Source: Octopus bimaculoides
Lineage: Eukaryota
Length of the DNA stretch: 37,846 bases
Reading direction: 5' to 3'
Assembly: GCF_001194135.2 (NCBI RefSeq)
Contig: NC_068988.1
Span: forward strand, 56,209,336 to 56,247,181
Both the position numbers and the translations under genes were made by a program. This document shows positions 22,424 to 33,780 of the stretch, in pieces. Position 1 is the first letter of the stretch; every line of letters starts with the position of its first letter. Under the pieces are notes generated by a model. The model was given only the letters and a program-made list of their open reading frames with translations. It did not search any database and was not told where the DNA came from.

Positions 22424-22785
22424 AAGCTCGCTTTGCAACCACATGGTTTCCGATTTAGTTCCAGTGCGCAGCGCCTTCGACAAGTGTCTTCTACAATAAC
22501 CGCGGATCGGCAATTTCCCTGTGAGTGAATTTGGTAGACAGAATTTATGTGGGATTCCATCGTGAATGTGTGTGTGTGTGTGTGTTTGTACTTGCCATCC
22601 TCCGCTGCTTGACAACCGGTATTGGTTTATTTACGCTCCAGTAACCTAGCGGTTCGGTAACATGGATCTATAGAATAAGTATTAGTATTAACAGGGCAAC
22701 CAAAATAACTGGATCGATTTTATCGAATAAACCTTTCAGAGCGGTACTCCTCCATGGCTACAGTCCAATTACTTAAACAAGATGA
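22424..22785 (+). mobile_element. S2 SINE, near full-length with internal (GT)n
   Basis: AAGCTCGCTTTGCAACCAC..GACAAGTGTCTTCTAC..GTGAGTGAATTTGGTAGAC..(GT)n..GCTTGACAACCGG..CATGGCTACAGTCCAAT. Confidence 0.75.
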
Positions 22786-23324
22786 AGTCATCATTTTGAC
22801 CGTTTATAAGGATATACCGTTGTTATTTCTAGCAGATCGATTGAATACGTAGAGGCTTGAACCAATAAATACCAGTAATAAACTCTGATAGATGAAACCG
22901 ACTAATATCTTAGCTAAATATTTAATGCTATGTGCCAATGGTACAAATAATGGTTGGTAAAATCTTTTCAGCGTCGGACAAAGCACATTTCGCTAGTTGG
23001 TTATCAGTTTTTGACGTTCGTTCTTCCGGGGACGATAAATAAAGTACCACTTAAGTACTGAAGTCGACTTAATCGAATAATCCATTCTCTAAAGCATCTG
23101 GCCATGTACCCAAATTGGAAACGATCACCATTGTTATTAGGATCGTCTTTACTACTACTACTACTACTACTACTACGTCTACTGCCACCACTACTGTCAC
23201 GATCATTTCTACCTTAACCGCTACTGCTGTTCCCGCTACTTTAGCTTAAGTCTAATTCGTGCTATAGCTGTTATTTTGGCAAATTAAGACGTTAGGTGAA
23301 AAAAATTACGTAAACACACACACA

Positions 23325-23379
<55 letters not shown>

Positions 23380-23515
23380 GTATATAAGCATGGATGTGTG
23401 CATATGTATGTAAGGATGTATAAACAAAAAAGAAGAATTNNNNNNNNNNAAACAAAAAAGAAGAATTGGTTGAACCGAAAATAATACCAACATCACACAC
23501 AGTCGCATGCGTGTA

Positions 23516-23560
<45 letters not shown>

Positions 23561-24007
23561 ACTGTAAATTTGGCAGGAGCTGATTTTAGTAAATCAACGA
23601 ATTGTTGTGTTTAAACAAAATAACGAGGAACTTACTGTATTGTTTACTTTTTTCTTTCTTCTTAAATCGTTTGCATACAAGTTTTTTTTTCTTTATTTTC
23701 TCTCTCTACAAAACGAAAATAAATTTAAAATATAAATAGATAAGTGAATAAATAAATAGATAAACATGAAACGACCATGATTCGAAAAACACATTTATTT
23801 ACCATTGCATCTGACATTCTAGCATTTTATGTGTATGCGTATGTGTGCGTTTGTGAGTCGTGTGGGTCTGTGTGTGTGTACACTCTATAAAACAGTGTGT
23901 ATGTGTGTGTGTGCTCACATATATACTCACACATTGTCCTTTAATTTAAATACATAGATACGTAAAACAGAAATGTGCTATCGCCTTATTATCTCTTACT
24001 TCTTGAA

Positions 24008-24225
24008 GGAAGCGAGCCGGCAGAATGGTTAGCATGCCGGGCAAAATGCTTAGCGTCATTTCGTCTGTCGTTACGTTCTGAGTTCAAATTCCGCAGAGGT
24101 CGACTTTGCCTTTCATCCTTTCAGGGTCGATGAAATAAGTAACATTTGAGTACTGGGGTCGATGTAATCGGCGAGCTCTCTCCCCGTAAAATTTCAGGCC
24201 TTGTCCCTGTAGTAGAAAAGATTAT
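24008..24225 (+). mobile_element. S1 SINE, full-length, little diverged
   Basis: All head, body and tail motifs are intact. Confidence 0.88.
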
Positions 24226-24276
24226 CTCTAACTTCTTTCCTTCGCTTCACACTTTGCCACTATATACATACACACA

Positions 24277-25274
24277 TGAGGGTTCTACTGAAAGTAATGC
24301 AAAAGTTGGTATATCTTTTTTTTTTTTTTTTTACTGACACGGGTCAAATCATACGTATCGGCCGAGTAACTCTTCCTCTATAGAAAGGCACTACTCAATA
24401 CAGTCTCCATCGCAAACAATGTATTCGAGCCATCATTGAAATTAAATTTCGAATGCACTTTGAAAATCTTCAGGTATGCACTGTTGTACCCATTTCTTCA
24501 AATCCACTTTCACCTGCCTGTGTCATCAAATCATTGTCCCAGAAGACTGTCCTCGAAATGAACAGGTGGGTGTCGGAGAGCAGCAGATCTAATCAATGTG
24601 GTAGATAGGCGACACTGATCTAATCAGTGTGGTAGATAGGTGACCATTGAACTGCGCAATTTGCCTATTATCTTATTTGATGCCAAATATCTGCCTAACT
24701 TCATTAGCTTCAAACGCTTCCAGCAGATCAAAGTAGACTGAAACCCTTCTTTCTTTTAAATCAGCTGTCAACTGCCGAAGTATTCTACAACACTCTCTGA
24801 TTCCCAATCTTCCACTCTCTTCTGTGAGGCACTGCGACTACAATCCAGTCCTGTAGTAAGCTCATGGGTTATTCTTCGTCTGTCTGCGATAATCAATCCT
24901 GGCGGTTAGCATTAGTGGTTGCAGTTAATGGTCTCCTCACTTCGTGGCTTGTTTTCAATACTTCTTCCCCCGCCCTACTTCCTACACTTCTGTAAACTTC
25001 TTCATCCATTTGTGTACATAGCTTTTATTAATGGTGTTATCACCATAAACAGCCTGTCGCTTTTTGTGGATGTCGAACAGTCTATAGCGCTCTTTCGTTA
25101 AGAACTCAATGTCGACACGTTGCTTTTGTTTGAAGCACATTTTGCTACAATGAAGAACAAAGGAAGAGTATTGAAACAGGAGGGTTACACTACCAGCACT
25201 TGCACTTTGAACGGCACATGTCAGTTAGCATAAAAGTTATGCTAGCTTTTACATTACTTTCGATACAACCGTCG
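24277..25274 (-). mobile_element. Internally deleted mariner (DD34D-type) transposon, about 1.0 kb, dead transposase
   Basis: TIR-like ends TGAGGGTTCTACTGAAAGTAATGCAAAAG and CTTTTACATTACTTTCGATACAACCGTCG followed by TA. Minus-strand fragments: KQKQRVDIEFLTKE..AVYGDNTINKSYVHKWMKKF, RPLTATNA, RQLTADLKERRVS, LPH*LDL..SD.HLF (YSPDLAPSDFHLF-like) and VDLKKWVQQ..DGDCIE. Confidence 0.85.
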
Positions 25275-25309
25275 TACGCGTGTGTGCGTATGTATGTACA
25301 CGCACGTTA

Positions 25310-25310
25310 C

Positions 25311-25395
<85 letters not shown>

Positions 25396-25550
25396 GGAAA
25401 TGATAAAAAGGAAAACAATGCGGTATTCCTTTTACATTGCAGTTAATTCTAAGGTTTATTTTTAAAAGCAAATCATTTCAAAATAATATAATGTAGTATA
25501 TTTTAGTTGGACACACAGACAGACATATGGATAGATAGATATATATATAT

Positions 25551-25600
<50 letters not shown>
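25310..25600. repeat. (CA)n at about 25310-25393 and (AGAT)n at about 25530-25600
   Basis: Direct reading. Confidence 0.9.
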
Positions 25601-25602
<2 letters not shown>

Positions 25603-26156
25603 GTAGAGAGATGTGCTCACGCACATACTAAATTGGGCAGTCAAACGTGAGGAAAATTACTTGATATTTGTAATAGGCTTTATTTGTTTGCTTGAAGTTA
25701 ATGATTCACGCCTTCGCTACTGAGATCTTTTATCGACACATGCAATCACTCAGGCGAGAAAAGTCGGATTGATCTTTTGGCGAGAAAGTTTTAGTTGAGA
25801 CAGAGTATTTCATTAACTCCGATTGAATTTATTTGTATGTATGTAGTTTTTACCTACCCGTGACCCGTCTATTGATCAAGCCCTCTACTTACCTGTATTT
25901 GTCTCTATATGTCTCCCTTTTATGACTTCTCCTCATCTCTCACACTCTCTTTGTCTTCTTCTCTCATCTTTTCCTTGGTTTTCTCTCTTGTCTTTAATCT
26001 CTTGGTACAAATTGGCACACTTCGGAAGCAAAGCCAACATAGAGAGATGCATGCGACTAGCAACATGCCTCTGTGATATTTTTCTCGTAAAATCTACACA
26101 TCTCTGCTCTAAGATTGATTTCTTTTTAATTGGAATGATTGTGTGTATTTTCTGAG

Positions 26157-26467
26157 GAGTGGAACCTGACGCAGACGTTCAGAAACCAAGTCAGGGCAGA
26201 GTCTCACAGAAAGAGTCCGGCAAACGGAAGAACAACAACAAAACCAGACGACCTGACAGACTTTCTAGAAGGAAAAAGAAGAGAAAGAAGAAGAAGAAAA
26301 ATAAAGATCGAAAGAAGAACGGCACCAGGAAATCACAAAAAGGTCGTAAGAAAAAACGCAAGAACAAGGGAAATAAAAATAAAGTTATAAGGGGGCGTGA
26401 CCGGAAACGGAAGACGTTCCGAAAGAACCGGAAGACCAAATATACTGCGGCAACATTTAGATTGTGA
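26157..26467 (+). CDS. Candidate terminal coding exon encoding a Lys/Arg-rich basic tail; gene unidentified
   Basis: About 103 open codons: (G)VEPDADVQKPSQGRVSQKESGKRKNNNK..RRKKKRKKKKK..KYTAATFRL*. All six Arg codons are used. There is no ATG (the track starts at GTG) and only a weak TTTTCTGAG acceptor. Confidence 0.4.
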
Positions 26468-26665
26468 AAATCTATGTTGTAACTTGATTTTACAGAAAAT
26501 CTCCTTTGATTAAAACAAGTTATGAAATGAGTAGCTGTGGAAAACAAAAGAGATATATATGAAAAAAAAACAAAAAACTTTACTGTTTCGTAGAACTACG
26601 AACATTATCGTTACATCTCACTCCCACCAACATCATCACCCCCACCCCACCAAATTACTATTAGA

Positions 26666-26697
<32 letters not shown>

Positions 26698-27929
26698 NNN
26701 NNNNNNNNNNNNNNNNNNNNNNNNNNNNNNNNNNNNNNNNNNNNNNNNNNNNNNNNNNNNNNNNNNNNNNNNNNNNNNNNNNNNNNNNNNNNNNNNNNNN
26801 NNNNNNNNNNNNNNNNNNNNNNNNNNNNNNNNNNNNNNNNNNNNNNNNNNNNNNNNNNNNNNNNNNNNNNNNNNNNNNNNNNNNNNNNNNNNNNNNNNNN
26901 NNNNNNNNNNNNNNNNNNNNNNNNNNNNNNNNNNNNNNNNNNNNNNNNNNNNNNNNNNNNNNNNNNNNNNNNNNNNNNNNNNNNNNNNNNNNNNNNNNNN
27001 NNNNNNNNNNNNNNNNNNNNNNNNNNNNNNNNNNNNNNNNNNNNNNNNNNNNNNNNNNNNNNNNNNNNNNNNNNNNNNNNNNNNNNNNNNNNNNNNNNNN
27101 NNNNNNNNNNNNNNNNNNNNNNNNNNNNNNNNNNNNNNNNNNNNNNNNNNNNNNNNNNNNNNNNNNNNNNNNNNNNNNNNNNNNNNNNNNNNNNNNNNNN
27201 NNNNNNNNNNNNNNNNNNNNNNNNNNNNNNNNNNNNNNNNNNNNNNNNNNNNNNNNNNNNNNNNNNNNNNTATATATGTATATATATATATGTATATATA
27301 TATATGTATATATATATATGTATATATATATATGTATATATATATGAAAAACTTATTGTACTCTCTAAGCCCCATTTTTTTCGGGCTGTTTAATCATTGC
27401 AGATAAAACACGTGAATATGTGTTCTTTACCAATGAAAGTTCAAATTTGCAGCCATTTTGAGTCATATTTCAAAGAACGCAAAAGAATTCTATATTTTTT
27501 TCTTTAATCCTTTTTTTTTCCTTTGTTTTCACATCTACAAAAGAAATAAACTTTATGATTTTGTTCCTCTAAAAAAATTGATTTAGTTACGTTGATATTT
27601 ATATATCTATGCCTTAATTCCATGATATTGTTATTTATCGCACTTCTCCAAGAGTGAAACCATGATGGGGAACTGAAATAACATTTAGCATGTAACAGCC
27701 TTAAGTTTTATTATTTCTAAGTCTTAAACTGTCAGTAAATGTTTTAGTTCTCTTACATATCGCCAGATGTGCAATTATCTCTTCTTCTAGAGAATGAGTT
27801 TCAATTAACTAAAAATAATAGAATTATGTTGCCACACATTTGACACTGGGTAATATGAGTGGTACAAACATTAAATATATATTAGTGGGGAACAGATGAG
27901 TCCAAACTAACTTTATTTTTATCATTGCT

Positions 27930-28100
27930 ATTGTTGTTGTTTAGGACCAAGTCTACTTTGATTGAGAATAACTACAATCAGCCGTAACCATCGCGTCTTC
28001 TTTTTTAGATATACTCCATCTAAGACTACATTATCCAAATGTCGCTTGCCCCTGAATTTTTTAAAGCAGTAAAATATAATTTCAAAAATTTTGCTGTTCT
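27930..28100 (-). mobile_element. S4 repeat copy
   Basis: GTTGTTGTTTAGGACCAAGTC..GACTACATTATCCAAATGT is the reverse complement of the S4 tail and body. Confidence 0.55.
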
Positions 28101-28243
28101 TACTAGTGAGACGAGGCTAGCCTGTAAAAAGCTTTCTCAATGAGTTGATAGTTTCTGTTATTTTCGCCCAGCTCGTAAATGCCGCAGAGTTGAGCAACGT
28201 AAGCTAGTAAGTACATCATCATTTCACTGTAAATGACGAAAAT

Positions 28244-28790
28244 ACCTGTAGCCTCGTTTATCTCTGATTTATTCATCACTGATCCGGAATAACACGGTAC
28301 GCTCAACTAAAAACTATATCACGCTTATCTCGGATTGATCTATAATAACATGAGTTGGCGATCAGTCGAATATTCTGTCTGTATCGCAGAAACGCTCCCC
28401 AATGAGCACCCACAATGTGCAGCTACCCAGAATGCACTGACTATCGCTTGTGTTTATATGATCCTGCTGCAAGATAGCGTTAAATTGATTTACGTGATTA
28501 TATCCTTCAAAATGGGACCAGTGAACAGAAAAATTACGAAGGTGTCTAATCCCAACAAACGATGCAGACGTGTGTGTTCTCGGCAGAAAAGGAAGAGATG
28601 ATCAAGAAAATGCGTCGTAGTGGAAGCTTTGCAGTTGTGAACTGCGAGATTGGCATGAATTAATCTGTCATTCGTTCCATTTACGAAATGGAACAAAAGT
28701 CCCATAATAAACGAGAGTAGATGTACTCTTCTGACAGCAATGTGGAGCAGAAATTTTTCAGGAAATAAAAACATGCATAGCTCTCGTGCC
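28244..28790 (+). mobile_element. Tigger/pogo-like DNA transposon 5' remnant (CENP-B-type HTH)
   Basis: From the ATG at 28512: MGPVNRKITKVSNPNKRCRR, frameshift, then VFSAEKEEMIKKMRRSGSFAVVNCEIGMN*SVIRSIYEMEQK, resembling Tigger N-termini (RKV.TL.EK.EII..L..G.S.A.VAR..G.NESTIRSI). A TIR-like TACCTGTAGCCTCGTTTATC lies at about 28243. Confidence 0.6.
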
Positions 28791-29029
28791 CAAATTAACA
28801 GGAAGAGATACCATTCAATTGCTTCACAGCATGAAAACTATACTACCTTCTAATGAAATATCATACCTAATATCAGCCCTCCCCCATGCTTATTAAGTCT
28901 TACATTACGGAAAATTGCAAAATGTTGCATTCATTTGGCTGTGTTCCTATAAATTCTGGCCCAGGACATGGGATTTATAATCTGTGCAGTATTTTACTTC
29001 ACAAGTTTCATTTGCAGTTTCGATTGACT

Positions 29030-29255
29030 TATTTAAAATAACCAAAATCTCAAAAATCGTACCACTTTATCTAAAAAATAAAATAAGGAAGCAACATTGA
29101 ATAATGTAGTCTTTTATGCACTACCACAGAAAAACAATAAAGGAATGTAAGAGGAAAGATGGATGGTCAAAGCTTTAACGCTTTTAGCAACAGATCTTAT
29201 TCGATTGAGGTTTATCTGGTGATGGAGCAGCAACATTAGCAACAACAGAGTTTTA
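29030..29255 (+). mobile_element. S4 repeat copy, degenerate
   Basis: CATTGAATAATGTAGTC..GGATGGTCAAAGCT..GCAACAACAG. Confidence 0.5.
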
Positions 29256-30027
29256 TTTTATGTCAGAATACATTGCATGTGAGCTATGTCAACCTTGTAA
29301 TTAAAAATTACGAAGTGTTCCGAGTTCCGTCCTCAGCAAGGAAGCTGTTAGACTAATCATAAACTGCTAGCGAAGTTACTCCATGACCTATTTTAAATTT
29401 TCAGTTACAGCAATTTTACTCAATATATATTAGCAAGGTCTTTAAAGAAAATACATAGAGCACAGAAAAGTTACTTCAATTCTCCATGTAAATTTGAGGC
29501 TTCAGTAGTCGACACTATTTTTCACCTCTAAAATATGCTAATTCACTATTGTGCATTGACTTACTGATACTCACTTCATTATTTTGGCTAATGGGCGAAG
29601 TCTATGATTAGCAGAGATCTAATCAAACCGAAACATATTCTGAGTTGTTTCCCGTATTTGCAGTAATTAAAATAAATTTAAATATTAGTCAGCAACTGAT
29701 ATTGTCTTTTCCTCACCACACAATTATTTCAGATGAGTTCTTCATTGTTTACGGTATCAATAATGATATCACCAACATGACAAAGTAATGAATACTTTTA
29801 CTGCCTATAATAGACTGGAATTAGTATTAGAAAGCAACAGGTTCCTGTACAGAAGAAGCAGGTCAAAGAAAAGGTTAATATTTCCATCCTTGTAATTAAA
29901 TATACAGGAGCAAGATTGGAATTTCTTAAAGCTCAAACATGATGTCAGATATAAATACCACAGGATATGGGGGAGATTATCTCGAAATTATTAATATATT
30001 TACATACATTCATTTATCATTTCATAG

Positions 30028-30088
30028 ACTCATATGCTGATTGGATATATGTTTACATTAACAATGAGAACTGAGGTTGTTCGAGATG
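30028..30088 (+). CDS. Candidate 61-nt exon
   Basis: Acceptor TTTATCATTTCATAG and donor ATG|GTGAGT. One open frame: THMLIGYMFTLTMRTEVVRD. Confidence 0.2.
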
Positions 30089-31014
30089 GTGAGTGATCGA
30101 AGTGTTCAAAGTTCATGTCTTATCAACAATGATGCATGTCTCGGTCGGGATATTCGGCAATTAAAACGTCCATTCCAATTATAAATAATTTGGTTCCCCA
30201 CCCAGGTATAACTCACTACCGGAGCATGATAGCCTCCAATAACTGTGATTAAGAAGTGGATTGATTTTCTCCATGTGCCTTACTCTAAATATACCCTATC
30301 AAAAAGTTGCCGTTGCTAGCGAAAATGCCAATTTGAGCTACCAAATAGCTCAGATGTGTCAAATTTGCTTGGCTTTGCGGACCAGATTAACGCATAAATT
30401 AGATCTCGTAAGCCGGATAGGGACACGTATTCCTAAAATTCCTTATTTAAGCCAAAGCAAATGGATAATGAGAAGAACAGACACCTTTACTAACTGTAAA
30501 TAATACGAGGTGTTAGTGAAGTGTGTGAGCAGTAATGTGCGGGAATAACTTGTTCCCAAATATATTGAATTCTATTGAGAAAGAGTCCTTAGATCAAGGA
30601 CGGAGATAAGAATTGTCCAAATGAATGTATGCAGTTCTTGAGATGACCAATGCTTGAAAGAAAGCTTGCAATGGAAAACCTTTCAATGTGGTTCATATTG
30701 CTAGCATTTTTTCAGATGAACACTTGAGTAAATTTTATTTTTTAATATTACGTTTGGCTCGGCGTGTATAGACAGAGTGAAGTGAAAATAATCTTCGCCT
30801 TTTAGTATACGGGTTCATAACCCTTTTTAATTGGTTAAGATAACAAAAGCTTCCCTAAGTTTCACTGATTGAACGAACTGAAATCGGTGTTAATCTTGAC
30901 TCTAGTCTGGCTCCAACTGAACACATGATAACGAAATATACTTTACAAAATATTTTAAGATTAAAAAGCAGCAAAATTTATTTATATAAAATTCAGCCGG
31001 GTACCAGAAGAAAC

Positions 31015-31740
31015 ATTATCGCAGGTCGTATGTGTGACACTCCTGAAAATAGCAATTAAATCAACAAAGAAATCTTTAAACACTCGATCAATATGCTAAA
31101 AACAACAACCCAATTTCCCTCTAATTCCAACTTGCTATCTTAAAAAAAAGGCACATTTAATAATTTAACCCAAAGGATGAGATGGTCAAAATTGGAACGC
31201 CTTTAATCGAAGATTTGCCTTAAGGCAAAACGATATGAACTATGCACCTATCTATCCATCACATTACTGTGCTTCATAGAAATAGAAATAATTGCTACTA
31301 TATGCAATAACATTTTCTTATACATATATATACTATTTTTCATAGAAAGTTCAATGTGTCTTTTTTAAACTGGAATTGTTACTGTCATTTATAAGTTGTG
31401 TCGTGTGAGTGTTGCGAAGAATAAACTCCGTTTGGTGCAACCTTCCCTTGTTGAATCCGGTTGACTTCCCTTTCACTCCAGTTGTTCTTGAGAAGGAGAA
31501 GAGTAATTTCACTTGTAACTTTGAATAAAAGAAAAGGTTTATACGTGGTTGATTCACCTGTTAGAAATAGCAGTAAAGTCCCATTCAAATCACAGGAGAT
31601 ATATGGATCCAAAATGACGTACTTCTATATATAATATACCTTAAATGAAGATGAGATGATCACAGCTGAAAAATCTTTGATTGTAGGTCTGATAATCAGA
31701 ATTAAATCTGGGCCTAAACGATAACGACAACAACAACAAT
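31015..31740 (+). mobile_element. Two S4 repeat copies (about 31015-31230 and 31545-31740)
   Basis: CCTGAAAATAGCA / CCTGTTAGAAATAGCAG..AAATCAC, GATGAGATGGTCA / GATGAGATGATCACAGCTG, and the tail CTGGGCCTAAACGATAACGACAACAACAAC. Confidence 0.55.
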
Positions 31741-32131
31741 AATACGGTGTCCTGTGTATACGGCATACAGAAGTAAGACAATCAATGTAAAGGTTGTACG
31801 TCGCAGCGCAACAGACTTCCTGCATGCAGAGGTGTTTCAGTCATAGCTGACCTGAGATTAAACTACAACAATTTGTTTTTATAAAAGAAAAGTACACAAG
31901 TAGCTAAGAAATGTTGAATTCAAGTTTCATTTATTCAAGATGAGAAGCATCAGACCAATGATAGAATATCCTGATAGAATCTCAGTTAAACGTAACTAAT
32001 GTAAGATTTTCCAAAAGATTCTTTGAATTCCCAGCAATCTTATTCTTCCTATGCTTTAATCTTTATTTTGGTTGAAAAAGAAATTGAGTTAAATTTGTTT
32101 TTCTTTTTCCAACTAGCAAATAGATAGTCCT

Positions 32132-32230
32132 AAAATGTTAGATTCCACACCCTAACGGCATACGCACTTACCGAAACTTACAGAGTTTCAATAAGTTCGT
32201 ATGCCGTAGGGGTGCGGAATCTGACATTTT
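32132..32230. other. 99-nt near-perfect hairpin (MITE-like palindrome or structured RNA)
   Basis: 39-nt arms, hand-counted as 34 Watson-Crick, 2 G-U and 3 mismatched positions, plus an inner GAAACT/AGTTTC stem and a 5-nt loop. Confidence 0.8.
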
Positions 32231-32399
32231 GTTTGATTCCGCATGTGGTTTTATATAACTATTAAAGTATCCATGCAGCGTATGTTATGAACATATAAAT
32301 ATACGGATGGGTATATACGGTTCCACTGTGAAATTAATCAAATGAAGGCTTTTTTCGGCAGTTTCAGATGGGAATCAAACCGATCGGTTTCATTGTAGG

Positions 32400-32640
32400 T
32401 TTCGAGAAATGTATCAGGGACTGTTCCAAATAAAGAGACAAATGAAAAAAGCCTTCGATGGTGGAAAGCAGAGAAGGAGAGTAGGAGGCGAGGCAGACAT
32501 GACGAGATTTGGTTGAGAAATGTGAAGGAGGTCCTAGAAGATATGGGCCTAAGCTGGAAATAGGCTTGTGACAGTGTTTGAACCATGAAAGACAGAAAAC
32601 TCTCATCGTCCGATGCTTCATGAGGAGTGCATTCACATTA
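32400..32640 (+). mobile_element. RTE-like LINE 3' end remnant
   Basis: Frameshifted translation ..KAE..RRRGRHDEIWLRNVKEVLEDMGLSWK*ACDSV..DRK resembles the RTE ORF2 end (G.R.RGRP..RW.D.IKE..GLSW.EA...DR..WR). Confidence 0.55.
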
Positions 32641-32685
32641 CTGAAGTTATTTCAAATATGTTACTTAAACAGTTCAATTAAAATA

Positions 32686-32899
32686 CTAATTTCCAATTTT
32701 GGCACAAAACCAACAATTTCGGGGAAGAGGTAAGTCGATGACATTGATTCTAGTGCTCAACTGGTACTTATTTTATCGACCCCGAAAGAATGAAAGGTAA
32801 AGTCAACCTCGGCAAAATCTGAATTCGGAACATAAAGACGGACGAAATGCTACTAGGCATTTTGCTCGGCTTTTTAACGATTCTACTAGCTCGCTGCCT
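32686..32899 (-). mobile_element. S1 SINE, full-length, alternative tail type
   Basis: Minus strand GGCAGCGAGCTAGTAGAATCGTTA..GACTTTACCTTTCATTCTTTCGGGGTCGATAAAATAAGTACCAG..GTGCCAAAATTGGAAATT. Confidence 0.85.
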
Positions 32900-33388
32900 T
32901 TAGACCAAATAAAATATTGACGTGAACACTCGATCAAAATTATCGAACAGGTCTAAATTTAAGTTTATTCTAGAAGTGCTTGTATGCTTGGTCAAGCCGG
33001 TCAAGCCAATCCCAGTGTAATGCAGGTGCTGGTTTATGCGAAAGCAAATATTTTAATTTTATTTTATTTCATTTTCGCTTCAATACAAATCCAGAATGTT
33101 TTTAAAAAAGAGGATCCTTCATTGATAACGCTTTTTAGCCTTTCGTCGTCATCTTTACGAGTTGATAAAACGACGCAAAAAGAATGAAAGGCAAAGACCA
33201 AGAGCAGAAAAAATGAGAAATATAAATATTGCAGATCTTTTAGCCTGCAGCCATTCAACAGTCACCTTTATTCCGACAATCTCGATAACACAGTTTACGT
33301 TAATCATATTTTAGAAAATAATGAACAGATATTTATTCCATATTCTGGAAACGTTTTCTTTCCAATTATTTTCAGCTACTAAAACACC

Positions 33389-33419
<31 letters not shown>

Positions 33420-33439
33420 ACGGATCTCAGTCAAAATTT

Positions 33440-33780
33440 CCGCGCACGAGATTCCACTAGTTTGATCAGCTGTATCACTAGGCTCATTCAATTGGTGTGT
33501 AAGTCGCTGAACATTCCACGGACACGAGTAACCTTAATATGATTCTCGGTTGGAACTTATGTGACACAGTATAATGGAGTTGCACCTTTGAAATGAAGGT
33601 ACAATCTATCTGACAGGGCTCAATAAAGTTTCCGTCCCCCACTCACCAAACTCACTCACAAATCGGAGGTTAATTCGAGGCTATAGAAAACGACGTTCGC
33701 CTATGGTACCCCGTACCTTAGGCAAGAGTATCTGGAACCTTCTGCGCGTGGAGTGAAGTTCTTAACCATTCGACCACAGT
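33440..33780 (-). mobile_element. Degenerate S3 3' part (33440-33620) adjoining a degenerate S2 5' part (33640-33780)
   Basis: CATTCCACGGACACGAGTAACCTTAA..GTGACACAG..CCTTTGAAATGAAGGTAC aligns with 2800-2895. CTCACCAAACTCACTCACAA..GAGGCTATAG aligns with 21850-21900. Confidence 0.55.

Noticed and set aside
23422-23468. 18-bp direct repeat AAACAAAAAAGAAGAATT flanking a 10-N gap
   Set aside because: Most likely an unmerged contig overlap, i.e. an assembly artefact.
28107-28258. Outward-facing short inverted pair ACGAGGCTAGCCTGTA / TACCTGTAGCCTCGT
   Set aside because: It is short and imperfect. It may be two Tigger-like ends back to back, but this cannot be supported further.
28335-28601. 88-aa ORF as a host gene
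   Set aside because: Its 3' third is the start of the frameshifted Tigger-like transposase remnant.
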